Positions 25,445 through 41,163 of a stretch of DNA of 64,000 nucleotides are shown piece by piece; within the stretch, counting starts at the first letter, position 1; every line of letters begins with the position of its first letter. Made by a program: the position numbers and the translations under genes. Below the pieces are notes generated by a model. It made no database searches. It was not told where the DNA came from and saw only the letters and a program-made list of their open reading frames with translations. The stretch is from NCBI GenBank assembly GCA_964270895.1, contig OZ185435.1, one strand, 5' to 3'. The stretch comes from Podarcis filfolensis. Lineage: Eukaryota.

Positions 25445-27779
25445 TAATGGACTTTCTGTAGACAAGTGGTCCTCCTTTAAAAGGGTTCTGTAGCTTTTTC
25501 CAAAGAAATGATTTTTGTTGCAATCTACGAACACAGCACTTTCTGATGAGATGGCCTTTCATACTTTTTATTTTTATATCCTCTTACTGTTTGATGTAGT
25601 ATTTTAACCTTTCCAGAGCTGTAGCTTTTTTTAAAAAAGGTTAGAATTAAAATGCACGGAGCATATTCTCTTAATTTAAATGACATTTTTCCAGGCTAGT
25701 AACTTCGGATGTTTCACTAACTGTTCCATTCTTGAAATGCCACAGACTCTTGTCCCACTAGAATAAGGCATAATAGCTTCTTTTGCTGCAGCAGCTTCTT
25801 TAAAACCAAAGCAATTCCTGCCATTTCTCTTGGGGGGGGGGCTTCTTCTGGATCACAAAGATCGTTACTCAATGTATATTTTTATATAATCAGAACATAT
25901 TCACAGCACTTTGGTCAACATACGAAGCATGTTCAAGAGTATATACTCAAGTATTGTGAGTGGGTCATGTGGTCCTGTAGGTGTTCCTCTGCAGAAATAT
26001 GTGATCTTGTTCAAAAGAATTTGCATAGCAAGGGAATTTGACATTTGACGGTGTTAGTCCACAGAAGCTCCAGCAGTGCCTATGCTTGCAATCTGTCCAG
26101 AGGATGCTAGGGGTTTGGAGTGGTTTTTATTTTATTTTTTAAAGCTTACGTTTCATATTTCTAATAATAAATTCATATACCCTGCTAGTGATTTAAACAT
26201 AACCCTCATATAATGTGGCTGTTTGGGAGGGATCCTTCTTTCTTGGTGTTTTATAAGAGGGTAGTATATAGTATACATTTATAAGTAAAACCATCTTTTT
26301 GCTAGCACACAGTCTTGTGATTTACATTTTAAGAGCTCAAGACTTGCTGTATTATCAGATCTTTAAGATAGGGAATGCCAATCCCTGCATCATTGAAATG
26401 TCATGGTGACCATACTGTAGCATGTAATAAAGCAGAAGAAACTGGCAGATATATATATTGTGTTTAAGCAATTCCAGACGCAGAGCAGCAACACTGCATA
26501 CGTGGACTTGCCCTTCCTCTCCTCACTCCTGCACCCTGAAAATCTGCTCCATACTGTCCCCACAATACTCCAAAGCAGATTTTGGGGGTACAGTGTATTT
26601 AATTTAATTTAACCAATGGTGTGTTCTGGTGGATGGACACAGTTGAGTTTTACCCTTATTATTATATTACCAAGAGAAGTTGTACCAGAAAACACTTGGG
26701 AGCTATTCCACCCCATAGGGCATTCTTGAATAATCCATCTCTCACATGTTTTCAGCACATAATGTGGTTTCAAACGCAAGCCCATGTGACCAGTTCCTGT
26801 GCCAGTTGACATAAAAGACTGCTCTGCTGAGCAGTTTCATTGGGAGAGCTTTGGGGGGGTCAATGTATAAAGGCGTTTCATTCCATTTTTGAGGCAGTGC
26901 AGATGGCAAAGCCCAACTAATAAAGAAAAATGAAACCAGTGACAAATGTGTAGAAATTCCTCATCTGCATAGCAAATATACTGTAGTATTGCACATAGAA
27001 ATCCCAGCCAGATGGTTGTATATTAAGTTGCCTCTTCTTGAACGAATGGAATATAATTGGTTGCTCAGGATTTCTACAGACCCAGCTGCATATTACCAGA
27101 ACCATAACTAAGTGCTTGCTATATTGTCTTTTAAGTGAAATCTTTTGAGCTGTAGTCTTCAAGCTAAAATTGTGTCATGTCGAATGTTCTTAATAAGGGA
27201 TCAGATTTAGGTTTTTTGAACTGTGGGGATAAATAAGGCAAAGCTAACAGCTACGTTTAATACATGCTACTGAGACCTGGGTCCAGTTCATACAATAATC
27301 TTTGGCTATTTTTCACCCTCTTCTGATTGTGTATTCATGGGCACAGTACAACATCAGCTTGAGGTATGTGGCTTTGCAACTGTTTTTGCAATAAGGGTGG
27401 TGTTAAAAGTACTGCCATGATAGAATCGTAGAGTTGGTAGGGACTTGGAACAGTAATCTAGTCCAGCTGCACCCCCCGCAAACGATGCAGCAATCACAGC
27501 TAATGCAAACGAATTGTCTCATTGGTGAATCGTCTGTGTACTTCTGGGTGATTGTATACCAGAGGGTGATAATGTGGAGAAAATTTGGTAGCAAAAAGTA
27601 CCGTTCTGTTTGGAGTAATCATGTTAATGAAAGCAGATTTTATTTTATTGGTGCAAAACAGCGGGCTTTCCTGCACGTCTCTGTCCTGCACAGTACAAAA
27701 CCAAATTCTGGAGTTCAAGTTCCATATCCTTAGAAAGCTGTCCATTACACAAATGCTGTCTTCTTTTTCACGTGTTTAG

Positions 27780-27956
<177 letters not shown>

Positions 27957-28073
27957 TGATGCTTGTTCTAGTTCTAATCTTTTTGTCAGTTAGTGGAAAC
28001 TTAGGTTGTTGTTAAATTCCAAAGATAGTTTTTTTTTAAAAAACCCAGTCTAGTCTTAGAGAGGCAAAGTTGA

Positions 28074-28400
<327 letters not shown>

Positions 28401-28673
28401 TAATGGAAGGAGTCCAAAACAACTGGAAGACATTGGATTTGAAAGGGCTTATTCCTTTTGCCATAAAGAATAAGATTTCCACAGTTGATGCCGTTAGATA
28501 CAGTGCAATTTTAACACAGTATATATAGCTGTAGACCTATTTTGGTATGATGTACTAATTTGTACTGCTAAGGAAGAGGCTGTTGCCTTTTTCTTGGAGC
28601 AGTTCCAGATTAGTAATGCCTCCTGCTTAACGCTAACTCTCCTGCATCTTAGACTGCATTTCTAAACACACTA

Positions 28674-28904
28674 CAGTGGTACCTCAGGTTACATACGCTT
28701 CAGGTTACATACGTTTCAGGTTACAGACTCCAGTAACCCAGAAACAGTACCTCAGGTTAAGAACTTTACCTCAGGATGAGAACAGAAATCACACGGTGGC
28801 AGTGGGAGGCCCCATTAGCTAAAGTGGTGCTTCAGGTTAAGAACAGTTTCAGGTTAAGAATGGGCCTCCGGAACGAATTAAGTACTTAACCCGAGGTACT
28901 ACTG
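28674..28904. mobile_element. MITE family A, orientation 2 (inverted)
   Basis: TA TSD; reverse complement of the 21993 and 4058 copies. Confidence 0.9.
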
Positions 28905-29100
28905 TATTGAGTAAGCCCCACTAAGCACAGTGGAACTTTGACCATATCTAGGGTGCTTTTTGCTTTAGCCACTCCTCTTAAAAGTCATTATAGCTTGGAT
29001 TTTCTGCTCATAGAAACTCTGTGTTCTATGTAAGGTGAAAAAACTAAAACAAATGGAGCATCACAGCATTTTGTAAGAAGGTAGCCCTGTGTATGCAATA

Positions 29101-29465
29101 GGTAAAAGGTGAAACACCCCTGGATGGTTAATTCCAGTCAAATTCAACCATGGTGTCCGTCGGTCATCTCTGCTTTCAGGCCAATGGAGCTGGCATTTGC
29201 CCACAGACAGCTTTTCTGGGTCATGCACTTTTGGCGCAACGGGACTCCGTGACTAAAGCTAGAGCACATGGAAACACCATTTACCTTCCCGCCACAGCAG
29301 TACCTATTTATCTCCTTGTGCTGGTTTGCTTTTGAACTGCTAGGTTGGCAGGAGCTGGGACAGAGCAACGGGGGCTCATCCCATCGCAGGGGTTCGAACT
29401 GCCAACCTTCCGATCAGCAAGCCCAAGAGGCACGGGGGCTTAGATCACAGCGCCATCACGTCCCT
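29101..29465 (-). mobile_element. Sauria (Squam1) SINE, older subfamily
   Basis: Same architecture as 34451-34800 in reverse with an (ACCTTT)-type tail, more diverged. Confidence 0.85.
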
Positions 29466-30295
29466 GTTATTCAGTAGGGCACTACAGTACAGAGTGCCTA
29501 GTTTCCTAGAGGTGCTTCATTTGCAATGGACATCCAGCTAAATGCTGGATCACAAGAGTGCAGAGATGAAAATTCTCTGTCGGGATTAAGTAGGGACAGT
29601 ATAACTCTGGTGCACTGTGTTTGCTGAAGCGTTAAACTAATTTATTAAAACCGTTTTAGAGTTCTCATTTGGAATAAGGGAAAAGTGATGGACACGTGAC
29701 AGATAATGTGAAATTGCCCTTTTTTTAGTCTACATTGTCATTGTACAAAATCTGTGCAAGCCTATCCCGTCTGTGCAAGCGTATCAGCTTGCTGGACAGA
29801 ACAATTCCCTCTCTCCCAGCCCCTTCTCCTGACCTCCCCAGAAGCCATTGCGCTGGGCTTCAATTGATGCTGATACACAATGATGCACAATACATTTCTA
29901 TGAAGAAATTCTGAGGCACTCTGTGTTGTACTATTTACTACATGCAGTAGCTCGGGCATGATGCCAAACCATGGATTGACTTAGTTATAGATTAGAACCC
30001 AGACTATTTTGACTACTAAACATACAAGGCAGCCATAGTTATAGAGCTGCTGGTTTGCTTGCAGTTTCTTTCTGTTTCAGCATGCTTCCACTGGTTGGCT
30101 GGGCACACGCTGCCTTGTTTCCCAGTACTTTTTTCTGTTCTGTTTAAATGATTGTCAGGTGCTGTCAAAATATGAGAAAGCCTCTTTTGATGTTCTGCTT
30201 GATACTAAACAGTGCAAAAATTTCTTTCTATATTGGTCTTTTTGGAAGAAAAACACCTAGCACACTAGTTATAACTTGCCCTTGGTGCTTATTTC

Positions 30296-30435
30296 CAGTG
30301 CTTTTTTTTCTAAAAAAAATGTTTAGGGGGTACTCTCATTTTCCTACTCATATTGAAATACTGCCCCTCAATGAGGCCAAACATAGATTCACAAAATGTT
30401 TAGGGGTATGCGTCCCCCCCCAGAAAAAAGCACTG
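30296..30435. mobile_element. hAT-type MITE
   Basis: TIR CAGTGCTTTTTT / AAAAAAGCACTG; 8-bp TSD CTTATTTC / CTTATATC. Confidence 0.8.
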
Positions 30436-30754
30436 CTTATATCATAGTTTTAACTACACTACGTTGAAAGAGCAAAGATTTCTTCACATTATGATGGAAC
30501 TTTGAAATTACATCAATATTTAATCTTACGAATTTTATTTCTACAATTAGAAAGCTAATCCTCACAGTTTGATAAATACTGCATTAACTGAACATTACTG
30601 CGCTAACTGAACACTGCCGTTTGGAGGTTCTGGAATAGGAAATATTTGTTAAAGAATTGGGCATGGTTTTCAAAGTAAACAAAGATGGGATTCTTAATTT
30701 TGCCTATTAAATCACAAAATGATTTTTGTAAATCTTTCGACGATAGCAAAATGA

Positions 30755-30910
<156 letters not shown>

Positions 30911-31635
30911 TAATCTTATCTTCAAGTTGTGTTTTATTGCACTTTTTATTTATTTATATAAAAAAGAGTAGTATCAAAATGCTTTCACTAGATGGCATGC
31001 TAATGCTCTGCTCTGCTGTCTTTTTTTTGAGGCTGGGCAATATGCTTAAAGGGGAAATCTCCCACTAAGCTTCTGGGAGATTGCTAAATCGAATGTTAAG
31101 ATTTTATATTTCTCTGGTTTGCTTTCCTGGATTTAGTATCCCCCCCCCCCCCCGCTGTAATTAGGCAGCAGCTATTGCTTCAAACTTGAAAACATTTACA
31201 AATTAGCATAAAAGGGCTTGGGAAACTGTATTGCTAGCATACTGAGTTCAGGGTGAGATCTGGGCCAGTTAAAGTATTCAGTGTCCTTATTTAACAAATG
31301 ACTCATTGTAAAAATGTTGCCCTTTACATCCTTCTCCCTCTTCTTTATTATATTCCCCAGTCAGTCCAATAAATAATTCCCTTATTCTGTACCTTTTCCA
31401 TAGGTCAGTCTTTGTTTGTTTCCCCCCACCCCCTTTGTTAGAATACCTAGTTTCTTGGGTATACCCAAATTGTGTGTGCATCTGTCTGCACACAATTATC
31501 TTTTGCACTGCATATAAGTTCTGTTCCGTCTTTCTCAGTTAATGGTTGTATCCAGCTAAGTTCTACTCAGAGCGTAGTCGTTTCCATTAATTTCAGTGGG
31601 TATCCTCTTAGTATGACTAACATTGTCAACAACCC

Positions 31636-31636
<1 letters not shown>

Positions 31637-31675
<39 letters not shown>
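31637..31675. repeat. (CA)n microsatellite in intron 11
   Basis: Directly visible. Confidence 0.95.
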
Positions 31676-31679
<4 letters not shown>

Positions 31680-32174
31680 AACCATTTGCTTACCATTTCT
31701 TCTATTTTATTATTGACATGGGGAACACACTCTTTTTAAGAATGACAGGGCATTATTAGTAGGTCCTAGAAGGTGCGCCAACTCTCCCCCCACTAAACTT
31801 GACTATTTCCCCCATTGTTCCAAGGAGTTTCTAAAACCTTACATAGCATTGATCCATAGAGAGCTGGTTCTATATCTTAAATGTATGTATTTGAGGCTGG
31901 ACAGACTACAAACGGGGGTATGCTATCAAAGGCCAGATGTTGACCTAATGTAATACAATGCAAATTTTGCAAACCACATTAATCTTAATCAGTCTGGGCC
32001 TCTGTGTTAAGATTACCGAATGTGTTTTTTTACAGCATGATGTAACTCCTTTATAGAGGTTCAGTATTTGACTGTATTTCATCCCATGCCAGATTTTTCT
32101 AAAAAAAAAAAAAAACACAATTGCTTTACTTTCTATCGGTGTTCTTTATTCACATGCAACTTGTCTCTTTATAG

Positions 32175-32226
32175 CGATGTGCTCCTGCATCCATTCGCCT
32201 TATGGACAATAATCAATTTCAATTTG
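32175..32226 (+). CDS. AGPS: AGPS exon 12
   Basis: RCAPASIRLMDNNQFQF(G); 52 nt. Confidence 0.97.
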
Positions 32227-34092
32227 GTAAGTTTTTACTAATTTTGCTCATGATTTGCTTTTGTAAACTTGCGCCGAACCTTGTGGTCTGATAGCGGGTA
32301 TTCTGTGACCTTGGTGATAGGGGATTGAAAATTAAAAATGTGCCCCCTCTTTCCCATACTCCCTTGTCATTCTCTAATTTTTGCCTCTCCCAGCTTTGGT
32401 GCCAGTAACCATGGTTCATTGTAGTGACCAATATCTAGAGAACTGCTCAGCTAGTTCTGCATGGCTAAGGCAGTTTTGGACTTGTGGTTCTTGAGCATCC
32501 CCCGCTGCCTAGCAAGCAGCTTTTGCAAATAAGTTGGTTTGTCAGCTGTCAAGGAAAAAAGTCAAAGAGCTTGACCTCTTTGAATCTAGACTTGGTTAAT
32601 TCTAATCCAACATTTGAAATCAGAATTTAAAGGGACGAGGGCACGATCTGCAGTTGGTTACTAATTCCTATGTTTTCAGTTCATTCCTTTGTGCCATTCA
32701 TCACTGACGTCAGATGGAGTTGATTATGCAGTATGGATACTTTGATTATTTTCTACCTTTCTGCTGACTGCACTGGGCTCTCAGTGACTCACATAAAATC
32801 CAAATGCAGTCAAAACCATTCTTCAAAATTAAGATTGTAGTGTCTTAATTTATTGATTCCCCCCCCTTTAATTAAAAACCTCTTGATCAACTGATCAGGG
32901 GCACCTTAATTAGACAACACATTTTTAAGTGATTTAAAACATACATAGTCTCATTTATCTTAGAGGCATTCCTAACTTCTCTCGCACAAGAAGAAATGTT
33001 TCTCCACACACGCATCATCTGAAAACAGAGCATACTTAGTTTTTCCATTCTGTTTATTAGTATGCATACTTTCGTAGGTTTAATCAATTAAAACTCACAT
33101 TATTTTTCAGTTTCTTTGATTGGATGGTGTCCCTAAAGAGAGAAAGCTTAAAAGCAAGACAAAAAATAGACCCCCATAAAGTGCAGCAGCAGTCATTGTA
33201 CTAGCAATCTCCCCCTAAAGCTTGTTGAAATAATAAAAAGAACCATCTTGTGATTCTTACATCTCTTTCCTTCTACCACTACTTTGTTGGTTTATTATCT
33301 TTAAGAAAATTAGAACATTTTTGGGCAGAGCTTGACTGAGGAAGTTGACTTAGGGCTGCAGTTAATGAAAAAGAGCATTTGAGTTGTGGGAGCAGCCTTA
33401 GTGAACAAGGGTTCTTTGTTGCATTGGGGGTGTGAAATACCATCTCCCACCCCATTCTGACTTGTCAGCAAAAGCTAGATAATGTAGGCAAAAATAATCT
33501 GAGACTAGGTAAACATCTCCTAGCACTTCTACTATAGATAGCATTGAGTCAAAGTGTAAGATTGTTACAGAAGTAGTTGTGAAAAATCCACTCTCCTTCT
33601 CTTACGTGAATGTCTCCACTAGATGAAAAGCTGATCCACAAACAGAACTTCAGAGCTCGGTTTCTCCCATCGGTGTCTGTGTTTGTAATCTGTAAAATAA
33701 ACAGCCAAATTAACTTTTGAATGCATGAATATACAAGTGGCTTCTAAACAAACAAAAATAGGGAATCTACCTGACTTTATGGACGGGACTGGGTAGTAGC
33801 AAATACGTCTGTTCTCTGTAGTGCAGAGGTAGTCATTCTGTAGGAAAGAGAATCACAAACTCCTATTTTGATGTACTTTTGTAAGCAGGCAAAGAATTAG
33901 ACTTGACAGATTTCACCGAGTGTTCAGATTTCTTGCATTTATGCCTAAACGTGCAGGGTTCCCATAAATCCCTTGCAACAGTGTTAGTGGTAAGTTTATT
34001 TTGGTAAGAAATGGAGCACTTACTAATAAAAAATTTAAGCTCCAGCTTTTCAGTCGTGTTTCCAAATAAAATTCTGAACTCCATTAATATAG

Positions 34093-34296
<204 letters not shown>

Positions 34297-34450
34297 TAGG
34301 TCTTCTCTTCTGCCCCCACACCAAATCTTAACCTGGATTTTTTTTTTATAAAAAAAAATGTGCTTAATGTCTACACTAGTCCAGAGTCTAAGGGTGCAAA
34401 TGGCAGAACAGCATCTGCCAGCTGTTTTAGTTGAGAGTAGTAGCACAACA

Positions 34451-34803
34451 GGACACGGGTGGCACTGTGGGTTAAACCACAGAGCCTAGGACTTGCCGAT
34501 CAGAATGTCGGCAGTTCAAATCCCCGTGACTGGGTGAGCTCCCGTTGCTCGGTCCCTGCTCCTGCCCACCTAGCAGTTCGAAAGCACCTCAAAGTGCAAG
34601 TAGATAAATAGGTACCGCTCCGGCAGGAAGGTAAACAGCGTTTCCGTGCGCTGCTCTGGTTCGCCAGAAGCGGCTTAGTCATGCTGGCCACATGACCCGG
34701 AAGCTGTACGCCGGCTCCCTCGGCCAATAAAGCGAGTTGAGTGCCACAACCCCAGAGTCAGCCATGACTGGACCTAATGGTCAGGGGTCCCTTTACCTTT
34801 GCC
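34451..34803 (+). mobile_element. Full-length Sauria (Squam1) SINE
   Basis: tRNA-like head GGTGGCACTGTGGGTTAAA...GTTCAAATCC, tail CCCTTTACCTTT, 13-bp TSD TAGTAGCACAACA (34438-34450, 34804-34816). Confidence 0.92.
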
Positions 34804-35374
34804 TAGTAGCACAACACAGGTGGGGAAGAGAGGTGGGAACTTCTGGTGTCAGAGTTCCTGCATTTATCTGAATGAGAAATATTTTTGCGTGTGCAAGATA
34901 TCTCTTCATTGACTTGTTGGCCTCTACCATTAGGGTTGGGGGAGGAAAAAAGTGAAACCACACACGCCAATAGGCTGTTCCTGCTAATCTTGATGCCAAC
35001 ATATTAATTCTGTATCCTCCATTATTTTAGCAGCAGAAGTTTGTTGAACTTGGAAAGTTTCAAAATGAAATTTCATGTTCAGAGAATGAAGATTCACTTA
35101 TTATCAGAAACATCCACATGGCAGTAGTTGTAAATGGTTACAGAATAGAAAATAATGGATGCTTTTCAACACTTCAGTTGCTCTTTCCCCCCCTGCTTGC
35201 GTTCGTAAAAGTGAATTTTCAGATTGGTTCTCTTGACGACATCCTCTTGAGCGTTTCTCTTAAGTATCACACTTTCAAATATGTGCCATGTTACCTTGAA
35301 ATATGCCTCTTGTTTATGCTAAAATGCTTGTGAATCTGCTTTAGAAGAGTTGTATTGTGTTCAAAATAAGTTAG

Positions 35375-35608
<234 letters not shown>

Positions 35609-37214
35609 TAATAGTTAAGCAATGTGTTGAAAAGTCCAAAATCTTTGTAGAGCTGAAAACCAGAGGCCTTTTATGAAAATTTCTGGAAATCATGAGGTAT
35701 CATGAATTTTTTCAATAATACAAAACCATTTTGGAAAGTGAGAATGAAATTGTAGACATTAACTAAGAGGTTAGTGCATAAAAATGTACCTGAAAACACA
35801 AGAGAGTCATTTGAATTTGCTTGAGCACAAATGTTTATAGGGACTTAACTGTGATACAAAATTGAATACATTTTGCCATAGTCCAGTTGAGGTCAGGGCT
35901 ATTTCCTTTTCTCTGTAGCACACGAAAGGGACTTTTGTGACACTAAACAAACAAATCTTAACGCACTGAAGGAGAGCATTGTTTTGACCATTATACCTTA
36001 ATACTGTGCATTATTGACTAAAGCTGTGACTCAGGCCAGCCTGTTTTAAAAAGGAAATTGTATTTAATCAACAGAACTTGATTAATTATATGTATTCCAC
36101 CTCCTGTCACTGATTGCTCTGTGCTGTTACAAAGGAACAGAAAACATTTCACTTTAATAACAAGCTGAGTAATGATAGGGTGGTTTGTGTCCATCTGGTT
36201 TGATTGATTACAGGACTAATCAATGAAACCACGGTGAAGATATTTGTCTGGGCCACAACTTTATTTCCCATTTAAGCAAATTATTACTTAGATCACTGTG
36301 TTTAATGGGGAAAAACAGACACTTTGCAAATGTTCTGCGTTACAGGTTCACTAACCTAATATCTGAATGACATGTTACAACGCTCAACCTCCCATTCTTA
36401 CCAAAATGTCCTTTCAAGAAGCAGTGAATTGAGATTTAAGGGGCAGGCTGATAAGGGGACAGAAGTAAAACACCTTCTGAAATATAGATACTTTGTGAAC
36501 ATTAAGCAATTACAGGATAGCCTGGCAGCTTAAAAAGTAGGAGCTGTCCTGCATTCTTGGTCAAACATCTCTGCCCCATCATTCTTTTCTTCTGTTTGCT
36601 AGCCTTGAAGCTAGAAGAGGAGGAAAACTGGAACAGACGGCCACTGTTAGCTGTTTTGGCTACTAACCCCAAAACTCAGCTTGTTCCACCTAGAGGGTGT
36701 TTTCCTTGTACTTGCTACCTCTTTGCTCTTCTGCCAGAAGAACAAGGGGATAAAGTGTCGCCAGCTTATCCAAGAATACCCCACCATGTTGCCCCAGCTG
36801 TCAGCTGTTGCCCATGGCTAGCTAGAACACTGCCGGGCTGCACATGCCTGGTTGGGTTTCAGAGTTTTCTCTGCCTCAAATGTGCCAGTGAAACTGAAAG
36901 CCCAAAAGTCAGCTTACAGGTGAAGTGCCTATATAGCCAGCAGCACAGCCAGGCTAAGCTGCCATTTCAGTTTTCACTGGGGGCCCCCTCACTTGAGGGA
37001 AACAGGCATGTAACAAACACCATTCTTACATGCTGTTTGCATAGAAGTGTTCTCCTTGGCCCCTGAAGTCTCTGAGTTGAAGCTGCATGCTGTTTTTCAT
37101 TCATTACCATTTGGTATTTGAGAAAATCTCTTAAATAAAAGAAAATGCTGCTGAAAATAGCGGACATTTCTCTCACAATTTCTATCACACGCTGCTATAT
37201 CTGAGCAGGCTGAA

Positions 37215-38178
37215 AGCAAAGAGTAAGGTTACCGTAACTTCCGTCATAGAGCTTCAGTATGCTGTTGACAACGTAGTGTTCGCACGCTCAGAGGATGACC
37301 TCCAAACCATCCTAAATATCTTTGCAGAAGCTTACAAAAATCTTGGCCTATCACTCAGCATCCAAAAAAACCAAAGTGCTGCACCAACAAGTACAAAATA
37401 ACCCCTCTGCAGCGCCACAAATCCAACTCAGTGGTGTAACGTTGGAAAATGTCGATCACTTCTCCTACCTGGGCAGTTATCTTTCCACAAGGGCCAACAC
37501 TGATGCTGAAATCCAGCATCGCCTGAGCTCTGCGAGTGCGGCTTTCTCCCAACTGCAGAGTGCAGAGTGTTTGAGGACCGGGACATTTGCAGGGAAACCA
37601 AAACATTTGTTTACAAAGCTATTGTACTACCAACCTTACTGTATGCTTGTGAAACATGGACCACTTATAAACTTATAAACGCCATCTCCAACTCCTCAAA
37701 AGATTCCATCAACGGTGTCTCCGAAAATTTGTACACATCACTTGGGAAGACAGGCGAACTAATACCAGTGTACTGGAAGAAGCAAAGATCACCAGTGTTG
37801 AAGCAATGATTCTTCAACATCAACTTCATTGGACTGGTCATGTTGTGCGGATGCCTGATGATTGTTTTCAGTATAAACACTGACAACTGGGAATCACTGG
37901 CCTGCGAGCGCTTCAGTTGGAGAACAGCCTTTACCAAAGGTGTCATGGGCTTTGAAGACGCTTGAACTCAGGACGCAAGGGAGAAACGTGTTAGGATGAA
38001 GGCACGCTTGGCAAATCCACACCACAATCAACTTCCGCCTGGAAACCAATGTCCCCACTGTGGAAGGACGTGTGGATCCAGAATTGGCCTTCACAGTCAC
38101 TTATGGACTCATTGTTAAAACCGTGTGTATGGAAAGACAATTTTACTCGGCTATGAGTGATCGCCAAAGAAAGAAGAA
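37215..38178 (+). mobile_element. RTE-clade LINE 3' fragment
   Basis: ELQYA.D, VDHFSYLGSYLS, EIQHRLSSASAAF, YKAIVLPTLLYACETWT, C-terminal CPHCGRTC..RIGLHSH knuckle, (GAA) tail. Confidence 0.88.
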
Positions 38179-38721
38179 GTTAGGTAGTCTTATTTCAAAC
38201 TGCCAGGTAGCAAAAATCTCTCCCTCTTGTCTCTTTCGGATCTCCAGGAGGCCTGAGCTCTATTTTTAAAACTAAATGAGGATTATGAAGGGAAGCTGAA
38301 CAAAATCTAAATTAGATGTGCCTGTTCTTTAAACCTAGCAAGCTAGCAAGAATCAGAAGGGTAGGGGTGACTGTTGCTACTTGAATTTTAAAATAATAAA
38401 AGTAAATGAGATATGACTGCCTGTCACTTTGATATTTTGTTCCTACACGCCTTGTATTTTATTTTATTCTTCAGAGAAAATGAGTTTAGGCTGTCCTGCC
38501 ACTCTGTAATTTTTTTGGGTCAGCTTCTCAAATACACAAACATTTAAACTTAATATGTATTTATTTAGAGCATTTGTACCCCAGTCTTCAGCTGGGGTAC
38601 CCCAGAGCAGCTTCCATAAAAATCAATTCAAATGGGGCATTTTAAATGGAACTTAATTTACCTGCCTAAATTCTTGATTGGAAACAACCTTGCTGTAAAC
38701 CATTTCATGCCATAGGAATAA

Positions 38722-38847
<126 letters not shown>

Positions 38848-39766
38848 TAAAAAAACTCAATTTCTCATCATGTACTGTGCGGTTGTGTATATGAGACAAG
38901 GAGGGGGGGAAGGTGTTGCATATTTTAATGGTTCAGAGTTTTTTCATATACAAAAGAACAACATGCATATTGGGCTACTCCGCTTTCTTGTTACACTTCC
39001 TAAAAATTTGTGCAGTTGCAAACTTTTGCCTACAGGATGCACACCGACCCCATGACAAATGAATCGGTCAGCTTTAGTAGTTTGGGAAGGATTAGATGGG
39101 GAAGAAGTTTGAATCCAGGTCTATCCACATTCTCTCCCCCCACCCCAAAACAGCTTGAACAAAGATCTCTCAGCTACCTAGCCCTGAGCATCTCATTAGG
39201 TAGATATATGAAGGTCAGTAGGCACTGTCAGGAACAGGCCAGCAATGAGGTGATGCCATTTGATTTTGGCAGCAGATCTGACCCCACTATTGCGCTGTTA
39301 TCGAGGAGAGGTGAGGGGAAGACAGGGTCCTAGAGTCGTCCCTCCTCCTTCCCAAGGCCCAGTTAGTGCTTTTCCAGTTTGGGGAAGGAGGTAGGAGGGC
39401 TCTAGGACCCTGGCAGAGCCTTACGCCTCCTTCTCAAAACCCAGTGCATCACTTAGTCTGCTTTGGGGACTCAGTGGCAAATCTCTTCCTGATTAAAAAA
39501 AAAAAAACACTTGACCTGATAACATGTCAGCTGTGTTCCTGATGTCTAAAGGCTGAAAAGACTATAGCAATTTGAAGTAGTTGGTAGAATAAACAAATTT
39601 ACGCAGTAGGTCCTGGGAGTATGCTAGGTCTCTTTGACAAATTAATATTCTCAGAATATTAATACACTTGAATGTTTTGGGTTCTGTAATTATACAAAAT
39701 AGCAGGTTCGAGGCCTATAGATACATAACTTTAGGAGTTCTAATCTGCAAATGATCTCCTCTATAG

Positions 39767-39828
39767 GACCTGGGCCTGGATCATTATATAATAGGAGAAT
39801 CGTTTGAAACGTCTGTTCCCTGGGACAG
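39767..39828 (+). CDS. AGPS: AGPS exon 16
   Basis: DLGLDHYIIGESFETSVPWD(R); 62 nt. Confidence 0.97.
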
Positions 39829-40607
39829 GTAAAATCAGTGCATTTTCTGTTTTTGCATTGTCTGAAGTTGTAAAAGCTGTGCACCATATGAAAAGGGTCA
39901 CTAAGGTTTTCCAAAATTAGTAAGGTGAGATTATACATTTTTCAGGCCATGTGTGACCTACTTTAGCAGTAGAATTTCTAATGAGGGTTCTTGTTGAATT
40001 AAACAAGCCACTGATTTTTATCCAAGAATATATTGAGAAAACAGCTGATTTCTCTCAGCTGATAAGCAAGTGAATAGCTTCCTGTATACATAACTGTTTT
40101 CCGAAGACAATCCAAATCTTCCAGCTTCATCATGTTCCACATGCATAATTGTTCTTAACTGTTATCAATTTCCAAATACAATTTTCATGTCCTACAACAT
40201 GCATAAACACAATTTTCTGGATTAGGCTTTCCATTTGTGAGAAGTTCTCTGTATCTATACCATACATTACGTAACTTTGACTTCCTTCAGGATCATGGCA
40301 GTTTTGAAACAACAAATGTAGATTTAGTTCACTGGAAATACTTGCATCCCATGCAAACAGTTTGCAAGCCATGCCCATCAACATCTTATATAGGAGCATT
40401 TACAAAGTAAGTGTGGGCCATGTTATCTGTTGCAGGATTAACGTTTGGAGCTTGGCAGAAATATACAGTATCTGCTTTGTCAGATTATGCAGTAGATACA
40501 CCTAACTAGAAGAGGATTCCTAAGTGGTGAGCTGTTGGGCAAAATATTGCAATAGATGCCACAGCTGTAGCAAAGAAAGAAATGTTTTTGAGAAACAAGG
40601 AAATACA

Positions 40608-40610
40608 GCG

Positions 40611-40641
<31 letters not shown>
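40608..40641. repeat. Compound (GC)n(CA)n alternating purine-pyrimidine tract
   Basis: GCGCGCGCGCGC followed by (AC)11; Z-DNA-prone composition. Confidence 0.9.
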
Positions 40642-41031
40642 CAGCGCTGTGTTCAAAACTCTTCCTCCATTAGTCCTGGAGAGCTATGTGACTTTTTACA
40701 TTTCTTTTCCTCTGTAAACGCGGCCATTTTCTTTTTGCATTGCAAACGTTAGTATGTCTAAACATTGCGTTTAGAATCCTACTAAACTTTATTCTTTTCT
40801 GGCAACCTGTGTTTTAAAGCAAACAAGCTGAATTTAACCTTGGCTCCCTAACACTTATAAACTTACAGTGCTGACAGATAAAATTACACAACAGACTTAA
40901 ACTTAGAATCATTTCTTTTAACGAAACAAAATGTGCTTCAATTTAACATAAATTGTTTTTTTTAAAAAAAACCCTACTGAAATGCAATATAAATCTCACA
41001 TAAATCTCTAATAAATACGTACACAAAATAA

Positions 41032-41163
<132 letters not shown>

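Noticed and set aside
32705-32712. Full CRE palindrome TGACGTCA with nearby AP-1 site
   Set aside because: Isolated short motifs with no conservation or chromatin evidence.
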